DNA of 64,000 bases from Ginglymostoma cirratum. Lineage: Eukaryota. Position numbers and translations under genes: made by a program. This document shows, one piece after another, positions 48,395-60,328 of this stretch (positions within the stretch are counted from its first letter, which is position 1; every line of letters begins with the position of its first letter). The stretch lies in NCBI GenBank assembly GCA_024137785.1, contig JAHRHZ010000020.1, positions 51,476,839 to 51,540,838 on the forward strand. The letters run 5' to 3'. The notes beneath the pieces are model-generated. The model was not told the origin of the DNA. It searched no databases and saw only the letters and a program-made list of their open reading frames with translations.

Positions 48395-49175
48395 CCGATG
48401 AAGTACAACGTGGCAAAATGTGAGATTTTGCACTTTGGGAGGAAGAATAGAGCCATAGACTATTTTCTAAACGGGGAAAGCCTTCAGAAATCTACAGCAC
48501 AAGTTCAGCGTTCTCTTCAGGTTAACATGCAGGTTCATTTGGCAGTTAGCATTCATTTCAAGAGGGCTGGAATACAAGAGCACAGATGTACTGCTGAGGC
48601 TGTATGAGGCTCTGATCAGATCACATCTGGAATATTATGAGCAGTTTTGAGCCCGATATCTAAGTAAGCATGTGCTGACATTGGAGGTGCTGAGAGAAGG
48701 TTTACAAGAATGATCCTGGGGCTGAAGAGCTTGTCATATGAGGAGCGGTTGAGGACTCTGGGTCTGTACTCGATGGAGTTTAGAAGGATGAATGGGGGAT
48801 CTTTCTGAAACTTACAGAATACTGAAGGGCCTGGATAGACTGAAAGTGGAGCAGATGTTTCCATTAGTGGGAGAGACTAGGACCAGCGGGCACAGCCTCA
48901 GAGTGAAGGGACGACACTTTTCAACCGAAAAAGTGAGGAGGAATTTCTTCAGCCAGAGGGTGGTTCATCTGTGGAACTCATTGCTGCAGAAAGACTGTGG
49001 AGGCTAAGTATCTCGAAGTCTGAGATAGATAGGTTTTTGATCAGGAAGGGGATCAAGGGTTATGGGGAGAATGCAGGAGAATGAGAATGAGAATGAGAAA
49101 GATATCAGCCATGATAGAATGGCAGAGCAGACTTGATGGGCTGAATGGCCCAATTCTGATCCTACATCTAACTTC
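48395..49175 (+). mobile_element. CR1 LINE 3' portion
   Basis: ORF pieces MKYNVAKCEILHFGRKN and GDLSETYRILKGLDRL...TRTSGHSLRVKG...RRNFFSQRVVHLWNSL; tail TGGGCTGAATGGCCCAATTCTG. Confidence 0.93.
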
Positions 49176-49209
49176 ATGCCATTTACAAACACATAATTCT
49201 GAGTTACAA

Positions 49210-49630
49210 TCAGGAGTAGGCCCTTCAGCCCTTTGAGCCTGCCCTGCCACTCAAAGGTCATGAGTGATTTGATTTCAACCTCATCTCCATATTCCTGCCT
49301 CCCTCCAATAACCTTTCGCCCCTTTGCTTCCCAAAAAAAAATCTATCTCCTCTGCCTGCATTATGCCTCCACTACCTTTTGAGGAAGGTTGTTCCAAAGA
49401 CTCGCAACCCTCCAAAGTAATAATTGCCTTATCTCTGCCTTAAACGTACGGCCCCTCGTTTTTAACCGTGAAGCCTACTTCTAGATTCTCCCACCAGAGT
49501 AAACGTCGTTTCCATATCTACCCTGCCAAATCCCCTCAGGATCTTTCATGTTTGAATTAACCCGCCTCTCACTGACTCCTCACTAACTGCGGTGGTCTAT
49601 ATTGTCAGCTTTTCCTTATCAGGCAACTGC
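49210..49630 (-). mobile_element. CR1 LINE 3' portion (tail-to-tail with 48395-49175)
   Basis: + strand CAGGAGTAGGCCCTTCAGCCCTTTGAGCCTGCCCTGCCA is a reverse-complemented CR1 tail. Confidence 0.75.
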
Positions 49631-51814
49631 CCATTTCATGGCCTGCAATGCATTCGGTAATACCCTAGGTCTGCCTCTTCATCCTTGGGTCAGTCTGAAT
49701 GCCATTTGACCATTAGTGCCACTTTGTTCGGGAAACATCTACGCCTCGGAGAAATATCTCAAAGCACGCCGCAGACTTGAAATTAATGTGCATTGACTGC
49801 GCTGATGTGGATCACCACAGGAGCTATCTTACAAGATCTCACTACTCAGAGCAGCAGTTCCTTTGTGTTTGAGAGCACCAATGGAAAAAGAAGCATCAGC
49901 TGAGCTGACACGAGAACACCCAGCTATTTGTTTAAACGTACGGGGGGATCCCCAATTAACTACAGACAGTAGGAAACAACTGGAGAGCCTCTCATCCAAA
50001 AGAGGTGATGCATGTATTTCGCATGCAGCCTTGGCCAATCATGAGCGGACAGGACTTGGATTATCTTCAATCCCTTCTCCTGGTGCCTCATGTGGTTTTT
50101 GTCTGAACATTTAGTTGTATATTTCAAACCACATATTTTGTGCTTCCTTTCAAAGCCGTTTTGGATCTGGCATGAGCAGCAGCTGGGTGCAGCTCGGTTT
50201 GGGAACTCAGCTCCTTGAAGGAGAGCTCAAGGTGGAGGCTTCTGTCTGAAGTTTTTGCCAAAACTCAAAAAAAAACTCCACTATTTTCCCGCATTCTCCC
50301 ATTGCCACCAATGAGGCCAAAATTCACTTGTTTCCTTCTGTCGGCCTGTTTGGCTTCGCTGACAAGTTAAGCAAAGCGGTAATTTATCACTTAGTAACCG
50401 GCCTCAGGGCAAGGGAGCACCGTGCCAGCTGTTTTACCTCAAAAAACCGGGGAACTAGCCACGCTTGGCTGTTGGGAGGGCAGGGGGAGAAAGGGAGAAC
50501 GTTAACAGTGTCTGACAGGGCACGGTCCCAGGAGAACAACTTTCAGGAGGAGACACAAAACAAATGGAGCAACAATGGACCCTGCACGAAACCACCCCAC
50601 TTGTAAGAAACTCAAGAGAAATTCATTCACCGGTTGAATAAATTAAGTGCTACTGAACATATCAAATTGTAATACATCACCGAGTAATCCGTCAAGCCCA
50701 GAGTGTTAAAGCCCTGTCTGCTGCCTTCATCCATTATTTATAGGCTGCCCCTCACTGGCAATAGATTGTAATTAAGTTGGAGTAAGTGAGTAAATTGAGG
50801 AACCTCAGTCAGTCTTGCCATGACACGCTTGGCCATGTTTACCAACGAAAACGTGACACCCCTTTCAAAGCAGCAACCACTGCCTAGAACACCACAGACA
50901 AGAAACAACACTTCCCGTTTCCTTCCCAGCAATGCTGGACAGAAATAATTGGCAGGGGGGGCTACGGTCCCTGGGCAGAGTCACTAGATTAACAAGCAAA
51001 CGGACTATTGGACCCAACTCAACATATCTATTCTGAAACTGTCAGAAGAGTGTGAAGGGCAATCAGACGTTTGACTTTAATATTGCAAGCTTTAATGATG
51101 CAGCAAGTCGTGGCTCAGCTTCTGCTAGAAAGAAGCCAACTTCTTTCCATTAATGCTTTATTGTATTGCTTTACACGGCCTTTTGAATGCGACTTTTTTT
51201 TAGAAAAAAAGCAGGAGACAGAGAATAGGAGCCATTAAGCTTGAAGTTCCATTTCCTCCAGAAAATATCAACAGGGCTCTATTAACAAGTTGAAACATAC
51301 AACATTGCAATGAAATATTCATGGTAATACTCTGTGAATGAAGACTTAATTGTAATTATGGAGTATAAATTAGAACAATACAAAATTGCATATAAACATA
51401 AGCTTAATTTTAAGTATAGTTCAGTACCGAGTTAGGTATCAGCACTTGATATGTGCAGTAAGTGGTACTTGAGTACCACGACATGACCTTTCTTCAGGAT
51501 TATGACTGGGATTTTTCCGGCTTGCTTCCTAAGGCAAATAGACTGCCCATTTGGCACTCTGTAACATCGAGGCAGGCAGTGCCTGTGCAATAAAGCTGTC
51601 GATTAAAGAGTTCAGCCAGTTGTCTCCTCAGCCGCGAGTGTCTGTGTGAACAAAGGCTGTGTCGCTGAAGTCCTTTGTGAGCAATGCGACAGAAAGACAG
51701 GGATGGTGGAATAGAACAAGTGAACATCAAACACCTGCATTTATATAGCGCCTCTCAATCTCAGAATGCTCAAGAGCAGTCACTACTCCAGTTATCAAAT
51801 CCTCCTGTAATAAA

Positions 51815-52370
51815 AGCCGATAGCTGTAGAATGAAGGACCACGGTGAGGCCACACCTGGAGTACTGCGTGCAGTTTTGGTCTCTTTACCTGTGGAAAGGT
51901 AGTGCATCGTTGACCCATCAAGTCAGTGTTTGGATGGAGTTTTTCTCCTACAAGGACAGATTAAATAGACCAGGGCCTATGTTCTCTGGAGTGAGTGAGC
52001 GAGAGATCTCATTCAAACACCAAATTCTAACAGGGCCCAACAAGAAATGTGTTTCCCCTGTCTGAAAGGGTGTAGAACAAAGGAACAGGATCTCAAGGTA
52101 AGGGGCAAGTCATTTAGCACTGAGATCGGAAGAAATTTCTTCACTTGTAGGATGGTGATTCTCTGGAAAGTCTGCCCAGAGGGGTGTGGATGCTCATTCA
52201 CTAAGTTCAAGGCTGAGATTAATAGGTTTCTACACATTAAAAACATGAAGGGAAATGGAAGGCAGTGCAAGAAAATGATGGTGAAGCACAAGATCAGCCA
52301 TGAAATCACTAAATGATGTAGCAGATTCAAAAGGCTGAAGGGTCCCATTCTTGCATCTCTTTCTGTTCTT
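51815..52370 (+). mobile_element. CR1 LINE 3' portion
   Basis: ORF pieces RPHLEYCVQFWS and LKVRGKSFSTEIGRNFFT...FKAEINRFL; tail AGATCAGCCATGA...AGGCTGAAGGG. Confidence 0.88.
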
Positions 52371-52374
52371 AAAT

Positions 52375-52710
52375 ACAGCAGCCATGGAAACGGCGCAGAT
52401 ACAGCACAGAGATAATAACCAGAAGAAGCTTTTTTTTGTTTAAATGATTTGTTTAGGGATTAATATTGGCCAGGAAAGTGGAAGAATTGCCTTATTGTTC
52501 TTTAAAACATTTCGATGTGATATTACACACCCACCCGAGGGGGCAGCAAGGACTTCAGTTTGCCTCCTCATCTGAAGGCGCCACCTTTGATTGTGATGCG
52601 CTCACTCAGTACAGCGTTGGCTCAATTTTACGGTCAGGTCCGGAGTGAGTCATGCATCCACAATGTTGTGACTCAGAGGAACAGTGCTATCACTGAGCCA
52701 CATCTGACAG
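52375..52710 (-). mobile_element. DeuSINE (SacSINE1-like)
   Basis: + strand CTCATCTGAAGGCGCCACCTTTGA...GCGCTCACTCAGTAC...TGACTCAGAGG...TGCTATCACTGAGCCAC is the reverse complement of the head and Deu domain. Confidence 0.7.
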
Positions 52711-52907
52711 CAAAAAGTGGTCATCCGCTTCCATTTGGTGACAGATCGCCATCTCGTGCAGTGAAATCACGGTCACGGTCTTCTCAGGACAATGCCAGCA
52801 ATCCCTGGAATTTCTCTTGATGTGACAAGCTGCAAGGGGAAAAAGATTGACACAAATATTTGCAACAGTGAAACCAGTCTGCTTTTTCCATTTGCACATT
52901 GGCAATA

Positions 52908-53262
52908 GGGAAGGTGATGGCCTAGTGGTATCATCGCTGGACTGTGAATCCAGAGACCAAGATAATGTTCTTGGCATGGGAGTTCAAATCCTGCCATGGC
53001 AGATGGGGGAATTTGAATTCAATAAATATCTGGAATTATGAATCTAATGATGACCATAAACCCGTTGCCGATTGTTGGAAAAATCCATCTAGTTCACTAA
53101 ATGTCCGATAGGGAAGGAAACTACCACCTTTACCTGGTCTGGCCTACATGTGACTCCAGACCCACAGCAATGTGGTTGACTCTTAACTGCCCTCTGGGCA
53201 ATTAGAGATGGACAATAAATGCTGACCTAGTCAGTGACGCCCTCGTCCCATTAATGAATAAA
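52908..53262 (+). mobile_element. tRNA-derived SINE family B, best-preserved copy
   Basis: A box TGGCCTAGTGG, B box AGTTCAAATCC, body CCATCTAGTTCACTAA...TGTGACTCCAGACCCACAGCAATGTGGTTGACTC, tail AATGAATAAA. Confidence 0.9.
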
Positions 53263-54769
53263 GGACACCCTTTGCTGCAAGATCACTGGAGCCATCAGAA
53301 AATTAAGGCAGTGTATCCATCCAATCGCCCAATGCAGTCATGGTTGGGAAACTGGGAGAATCCCCAAGCAATTTCAGAGTCATAATGTCTGCAGGTTAAA
53401 TACACAGTTTACATAAGCACTGTGGGACAATCGGACATGCTAAGAAAGAGAAATGTCGACATTTCCCACAGTACATTTTGACCAGCCCTGAAGAAGCAAC
53501 AGGATATGTAAAGACAGCGGAAGGGAAATCCATGTGAATGATGGGACGAAAGAACAAATGGCTTACAGGCAGGTGAAGAATATTCATGCCGATTGGGGAT
53601 TATCTTCAGCTAACAGGACAGGCACAGCTTGCCTCTTAACTACGATTTTTTTTGGCACGAGGCAGAAGGTTTCCCAAATTAAATAGAAAACACCTCTGAT
53701 TGATACAATGTCAACATCTCTGGTCATCACCACTGGTAACAGTCCAGGCTGCTCTGAACGGTTATCACAATCACTCCCACCCCAAGATAATCTCAAACCA
53801 TTTCAGCACTGCGCTTCAAAAAATCTGCTCTATTTCCATGTGTTGTAATTTGTGCCAAGGACAGGTTGCCCAATTTACTATGGTTCCAGACAGGATACCT
53901 CAAACAGCTCTGTTTGCACACGAGGAAGGGTGAATTAGCTCCCTTTGGTTATTCATTCAGTCCTTGGTTGGCTTGAGAAGAAATCTGCACCCACGTTCTC
54001 TCTTTCTGTTACATTTCTCTCTCTATTTCAACTTTGCCTGACACGCTACAGGTAGGACATTCCACGTGTCCCACACAGGACTTTGTCAGGTCGTGACTAC
54101 ATTTACATCTGTAGTTATTTCTTGGCTGGAGCAGACCGCTTATTCAAAATGAATTTTGGGGTTAAAAGTGAACAAAAAGTTAACAAAAGTTCACTTCAGG
54201 TTTCTGATCCATCATCATATCACAGGCCAGAGATAATTGTTAAGAATCCAAACAAGAATTCCAACGCTGATGCAGAAATACCAAAAGTTAGGAAATGATT
54301 CATTGGTTGAAAGGTCCCCGAACTTTCTCAGAAAAATAGCTGCAGTCACAGTAAGTGCATTAAACTTAAGTTAGACATCAACAACCAAACTTATCAGATG
54401 TTCAGGAGAATACCTGAATTTGTGGTTTGTTGGTTTGAGGTATTAGCTGTTATTTATGTACACTGTCATGCCGAATAACAAGGTATAAAGGTTCACTCCC
54501 TGAGCATTTCGAGCAACACACAAGAATGTCTAAATTGGTCGGGACAAGGGGGAAGTAAGATTATATCAGACTGGCAGTTATATTTCCAGTCATGTCTGCT
54601 CACGAGATGTGGCATAATTTAATACAAATGAAAATGTTCTCTGCAAACAAGAGGAATTCATTCAAGCCTTGCACCTTAACTGAATTTCCAGTAGCTTGGG
54701 CAGCCAATAGTTCAATGTTACAGTCTCCATGGCGACGCCACAGCCAGTCAGAATTGATTTGCAAAACTT

Positions 54770-54872
54770 TAATCCTATCATTTCACTTGCTGCAATCATT
54801 TGAATTTTGGCATTCTTGCATTTGTCCTGATGAAAGCAAGATATGCCTTGACATGCTCCTCTTTTGAGCAAT
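54770..54872 (+). mobile_element. Penelope-like pLTR remnant, family P3, decayed hammerhead
   Basis: TGTC-CTGATGA-AAGCAAGATATGCCTT-GACA (stem I TGTC/GACA retained, GAAA lost); related copies at 555-630 and 1875-1942. Confidence 0.5.
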
Positions 54873-55297
54873 TATATCCTTTTATATCCTTTCGGCAGGA
54901 GTCTTCATATGATTAGTTATTTATAAAAACATAATACAATCTAAATCATTTACTTTCTAAGTAATTAATAAATTCTTTCTGCAAATGGTTTGGAAAGGAT
55001 TGTTTCGCCAGAGGTGTCTCCCAACCCAAGAGGGGAAATTCAAGTGATGTCAGCGTGCAGAAGGAGCTTGTGTTTTCCCCTTTAGCCAAATCCTGAGACC
55101 ACACGGCATGCAATGTTCATCCTTTGCAGACATTGTTAATTACATATTGTAGAGTCATCTTTCTGTGCAAAGTATTTCTTCCACATCCCTCCATTCACAC
55201 AATTCCATCATTTCATCTTGCAGAGACGGCAATTGGAAGAATTTGGGAGGTAGCCCCAAATCCGAACCCCACACACTCGGCTCGATAGGTGCATAAA

Positions 55298-55685
55298 ATA
55301 GAATCATACAGTTATACAGCACAGAAACGGACCCTTTAGTCCAACCAGTCCATGACAACCATAATCCCAAACTAAACTAGTCCCACCTGCCTGTGCTTGG
55401 CCCGTATCCTTCCAAACCTCTCTTATTCATGCACTTATGTCCTTTAAATATCGTAACTGTACCTGCATCCACTACTTTCTCTAGCAGTTAATTCCACACA
55501 CAAACCATACACTGCTTAAAAATACTGCACCCATGCCTCCGCGTCTTTTTTACATCTTTCTCCTCTCATCTCAAAAGTATGTCCCCAGTCTTGAAATTCC
55601 TAATGCTAGGGAGAAGGCACCTGCCATTCGCGTTATCTGTATGTCTTCTATGGGCTTCTATAAGGTCACACCTTACCCTCCTCCT
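55298..55685 (-). mobile_element. CR1 (HER1-like) LINE 3' end
   Basis: + strand TAGAATCATACAGTTATACAGCACAGAAACGGACCC...TCCCACCTGCCTGTGCTTGGCCC; same family as 41882-42276. Confidence 0.85.
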
Positions 55686-55731
55686 AATGATAGACTTGAA
55701 CCTTATTTCTTTTCAGCTCTGAGAACATGAA

Positions 55732-55980
55732 TGTTGAGGTTAGTTCGAACTGACTTTGAAAACGCACCAGTACTTCTGAAGTAAACGCGTAGGCTCGAGG
55801 AGCAACCTGGACTACTGTTGCGGAGAGGGCTGGGGAGCAAAAACCAGACCATATAAATTCAAACCGGCACAAGACAACAGGGCTTCACAGGAGGCTCCAC
55901 AGCACTGAGGAAGTCACCTAGTAAGGGGATGAAAGGTCTGCTATCAAACCTCCCAGCTCGGTGAACACACCAACATCTAC
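55732..55980 (+). mobile_element. older Penelope/Poseidon-type remnant related to the 59788-60415 element
   Basis: CTTCACAGGAGGCTCCACAGCACTGAGGA...CCAGCTCGGTGAAC parallels 60273-60350; short inverted end TGTTGAGGTTAGTT at 55732. Confidence 0.65.
55901..55942 (+). ncRNA. degenerate minimal hammerhead ribozyme motif (PLE type)
   Basis: AGCA-CTGAGGA-A-GTCACC-tagtaa-GGGGAT-GAAA-GGTC-TGCT; stem I intact, one stem II mismatch, C after GAAA mutated to G. Confidence 0.6.
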
Positions 55981-58089
55981 TGGGAAGCAGTGTCCAAGGC
56001 TTTTTTCTGTCAAATTCTCTTGATTCTTATGTGGTTCTTAGTCTCCTTCAGGAGATCACATGGTTGGGGCGGGGGTGTTGCAGTCCATCTTTGGCATTGT
56101 ACGAGTCATTTGGGCAGTTACAATTCTGTGGGACAAGCTAAATGGACTGGACAGTATTTGCATGTCTGTCAGCCGATATTATTCCATATCTTCACATCTG
56201 GAACTTTCACCAAGAACGCCATTTGTTTAAATCGTTAAAATTCCATTTACTGCGGATGTACTATAATGTATTAAAAAAAAAGAATCGGTGGCATTTGTGT
56301 AGCATCTTAACCAATTCTAGTACCATGTTATATAGTGCTGTGGCCGGTAGCTTTATTTTAAATCTGTTTTTGGTGCCCATTTTAACCAAAACACAATTTT
56401 GCGTGCACATACTTGGGGTTTATCGCCGTCTTTGGATTGTTTGATTGGGTTGAGTGTGTTGTGCAGGCCTGTGAGTTTTATCAGTTAAAACTTCAGACCA
56501 GAAGCCCCTGATTATCTGTATGAAAGGAAAATAATTTAAACAGTTTCACAGGCACTCCACAAGCCTTTTCAAAATCTTAAGTGGATGTCAACGACCCATC
56601 TTCTGGGCTTTATTTTCAAGGGTTTCAACATTCAAAAGCCTGTTTTATGATAAAATTATTTGCCATGTGGGTCAGCTGTCTGTGATCCTTTCACAATTAG
56701 AGGATTAAGCCAGAGATATAATGCCGACTGGAGCTGCAGCCGGGCTCACAGCTGGTCAGGACACTGCCAACAAATGGCTTCATCTATCTTGTGTCATGCC
56801 AGGTAGCTGGTGCGATGAGAGTCGGCTCTCAGTACAATTAAAATCTACATCATCTGTGATCAAGGTGATAAAAGGTTCCGACACTCGCGCTGTGCTGGTC
56901 TCACCTACTTTCTCAGGCAACAGGAAAAACATGCCATCCCTTTAACCTCATCACACTGCTAATGTCCTTTCCAAAAGCTCTACCATTTACATTAAAGGCT
57001 GTAAATCAGAGGCAACTGCTCAATAAAGACTACATCTTTCCCTTCATCTGATGCCTTTTCCACGTAAGCACAATTTCAGATGTTCTGGATTTCTCTCAAG
57101 TATGAACTATTTTTGATCTTCTTTTTCAAACAGTCTTATCTAACTAATCTTAGCAATCAGAGCAAGAAATAGGCTTTTACCTGAGTTGTAAAGGAGAGGA
57201 GGCACTTTCTATTTTTAAGCAGCTCCATTAACCTCAATTCGTACCACCAGCTCTGCTCTGTTGCTACCAAACACTCCGAGTGATCCTGGATCCCGAGGAC
57301 ATATTATGTCTTATCTTCAGTTTTAGATCTCATTTCTTAGTTTGAGTTCTCTACGCAAACTCACATTTTCCATCTGATTTAGAAGGTGGGGCTGCACATT
57401 TGGAAATTGTGGCTGCTGTCCAACATGTTAATTGATACATGCCTGCAGTGCTGCGACCCACAGGGCTACAGACCACAACCTGGAAAGTGGGATGAGGCTG
57501 GGTAACTCTTCTGCAATCAGTACAGACAAAATGGTCTAAACAGCCTCCAATTGCACCACAGATTTTCCATGCAGCTATAATGCCATGAGCTAGGTGTATA
57601 CTAAGCTCAAGTCTAAAGCAATCCCCACTCCACGAAAGACTGAGCCAGGAAAAGATCACTTGGGGATATTCTCCGCAAAACAGTTGCATTGCAGCTTTCT
57701 GGTCTGAAATTGATTTCGTTCCAACTTAAGTTTACTGGGAATAAGACAGACACTCTTTCAGCAACATGCACTACTCTGCTCTCTCAATGTGACGCAGTTA
57801 TTCATCAGCCCGAAGTCTATAATGTCCACACCACAAATCACCAGTAACTACAGATGCCCATTAAATATTCCATTCTCAGAACTAACACAAGATTAAGTTC
57901 TTTTTTTTTCCCTTTCAAAGCTAGTCAAAATGTTTTAGCTCTAAATTCATTAACATCAGTAAAAATGCTGCCTTTGTAGACCTTTCTCCTCAGGTAATCT
58001 AAGATTGACGGTGTTTCACTTCCACTTCAGTTTGATGGTTTCTCACGTGGCTGATAAGTCAAATAAATGATCAGCAGACTCTGCTACAC

Positions 58090-59040
58090 ATGGGGTAGGA
58101 TGATGCTTGAAAGGCTATGAAGATGGAGATTTGTGCACTATCCCCAGTGCCTCAACATTGCCACTGCACACTCCAGTGAAGCCTCTCCATGTGTTCGGTG
58201 CCTTCCTGAATAGACCTATTCCACTTTGATCGGTCGCAAGCCATAGCTCCCAGAGATTAGCAGTGATGTTTACTTTCTTCGGGGAGGCTAGGAGGTCGGC
58301 CCTCAAACGTTGGCCTTCTAAGAAGCTCCTGGCACGAATGATTTTTGGGTGGAACAGGTGCTTGCGGAATCTGCAATCAGGCCAGGTCTTGCCCGGTGGA
58401 GCTGGCTTTGAGTGACTAGAGAGGATCAGGATCTCAAGTGGAAGGCTAAGCTCATGGTTTACCATGCTGCAGTGTGCCCCTTGCTCCATTGTACTCAGGA
58501 GATCGGGATAACCTACAGTGGGTACCTCAAAGCTCTGGAGAAGTTATCAGTGGTACCTTCTCAAGATCCAGTGAAAGCAAGGTAGTTAAATAGAAGTATT
58601 TTCTCTCAAGCCAGCATGCATATTTATGACAGTGATACTGACAGCCTCATCAATTCCAATCACTTTTCTGACCCAAGTCATGACTAATGGCATTTGGTTC
58701 AACTGGTAACAGCCATTTTGACATATTTCATGGTGTCCCTCAATAGGAAGGATCAACGAGACAGTAGGCAGCATGGAAACTGGCCAGGCCACTCCATGGT
58801 TCAGACGGTCCAACGCAGCCCTGATGTAGAAAGGCCAGGAAGGATACTGGGACTCGACTGCAGACTCTCGGATGACCAGCCAGCAGCAACGTTGCCACCC
58901 TGTCTGAACGTGGCCAAAATCACAACAAAGGTGGAGGGAACTTCCCATGCCATGCACGCCCGATCTCCCGTTTACCACAGTCAGCTAGCAAGAGCAGGAA
59001 TTGGGATCAGCCAACGAGCAAAGATGCCATTGAACTGACA
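58090..59040 (+). mobile_element. possible highly decayed LINE
   Basis: Faint resemblance only (ILGLDCRLS versus the ILGVTIDxKLxW LINE motif); weak support. Confidence 0.25.
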
Positions 59041-59084
59041 AAGGTCATAAACATCAACACTGGTGAGGTTTTCACAAGTGAATA

Positions 59085-59430
59085 TGCCTTCCCTCTTCTT
59101 CCCTATTTTCTGAAAGCTGCTCTAGTCCCTATAGGCCTCCAGTACAATGGCGCTTCTCTAATTCTGCCCCCTCTATCTCGGGATATTAATCTCATCACGT
59201 TTGGCAGCCTTGTTTTCAGTTGCCGAGGCCTCAAGATCTGAAATTCTCTCCTGCATCTCTCCACTTCATTCCCTCTCGCGCCATGGAGCTTGCCAGTTGG
59301 AGGAAACTTTTCGTTACCTGTCCTAATACCTCATATGGTTTGGTCCAAATGTTGTTCTTGTTTCATCTAATCCCCAACGAGAAGCACATAGAATGCTTTA
59401 CTGTTGAAAGGGTGCTGCAGAAACACAATG
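59085..59430 (+). mobile_element. decayed L2 LINE 3' end
   Basis: GCCTTGTTTTCAGTTGCCGAGGCCTCAAGATCTGAAATTCTCTC and tail TTTACTGTTGAAAGGGTGCT, parallel to 30095-30310. Confidence 0.55.
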
Positions 59431-59835
59431 CAATATTTTTGTCATGTACTGAGATACCTTTTGTATCTAATGCCCATTAAAAATAGGGTTTGATGAAGTG
59501 GTCACATGCCTACAAAATGAATCCTGATGCTCATAAAATAAAAAGTGTGTTCATGAGTTAATAGCAAAACTCCTGAATGAAGCCGCCCATCCATTTCAAA
59601 CAGATTAAGTTCACAGATGTTGATTCCGCACCATGTCTTACTTGCACGCAGTGTGACTTCAGCTTACAAAGATCCAAAGATTTCCTCGTCTACGACAGGT
59701 TGTCACTTGTCATCAAGGTCGCAAAGACGTGCTTTTTTTTTTAGGAACAAAAATCAAGTGCAACCCAATCCAAAGGACTTATACCACAGTCACACTTTGT
59801 TGAAGTTGGTTGGCTCGCCGAACTGGTTTGTTGTT

Positions 59836-59879
59836 CTGCAGACGTTTCGTTACCGTGCTTGGTAACATCCTCAGTGCAG
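59836..59879 (-). ncRNA. minimal type I hammerhead ribozyme (PLE-associated), apparently intact
   Basis: Minus strand CUGCA-CUGAGGA-U-GUUACC-aagcac-GGUAAC-GAAAC-GUC-UGCAG: perfect 5-bp stem I, perfect 6-bp stem II, full core, GUC cleavage triplet. Confidence 0.85.
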
Positions 59880-60038
59880 CCTCTGATGAAGCGTCGGTGT
59901 GGTTTCCCGCCTGGTTTTTTAAACTCTGGGGTCCATTGCAATGGATTGCCTCACTTCCGGGTTTCCTTCGAAGTGGAATGTATATGGGGTCGAGTTCAAT
60001 GTGTTCATTAATAGCAAGCTTCGTGGATTGCCATGCTC

Positions 60039-60293
60039 CATGTTGATAAGGAGAACCACAACTTCGACTGGAACAACCCCCAGATCCTGGGACAGGCTAG
60101 GCAGAGACAAGCACGAGAATTCCTGGAAGCATGGCACTCCACGAAGCATGCTATTAATAAACACATTGAACTCGACCCCATATACATTCCACTACGGAGG
60201 AAACCCGAAAGTGAGGCAATCCATCGCAATGGACCCCAGAGTTTAAAAACCAGGCAGGAAAACACACCGACACTTCATCAGAGGCTGCACTGA
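60039..60293 (+). pseudogene. C-terminal fragment of a PLE GIY-YIG endonuclease
   Basis: HVDKENHNFDWNNPQILGQARQRQAREFLEAWHSTKHAINKHIELDPIY matches the PLE endonuclease tail pattern H...H.FDW....IL.......R..LEAW......IN....L..IY. Confidence 0.85.
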
Positions 60294-60328
60294 GGATGTT
60301 ACCAAGCACGGTAATGAAACGTCTGCGG
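60285..60328 (+). ncRNA. minimal type I hammerhead ribozyme (PLE-associated), core intact
   Basis: CUGCA-CUGAGGA-U-GUUACC-aagcac-GGUAAU-GAAAC-GUC-UGCGG; both changes relative to the left copy give G-U wobbles. Confidence 0.8.

Noticed and set aside
51462-51479. Palindrome GTGGTACT-TG-AGTACCAC
   Set aside because: 8-bp arms with a short spacer are expected by chance a few times in 64 kb
52908-53000. tRNA-like A/B boxes (also at 12215-12283, 23382-23450, 38508-38590)
   Set aside because: These are SINE heads continuous with SINE bodies; no intact cloverleaf seen
59883-59900. Extra CTGATGA on the + strand next to the left hammerhead
   Set aside because: No stem II followed by GAAA downstream, so not a second ribozyme
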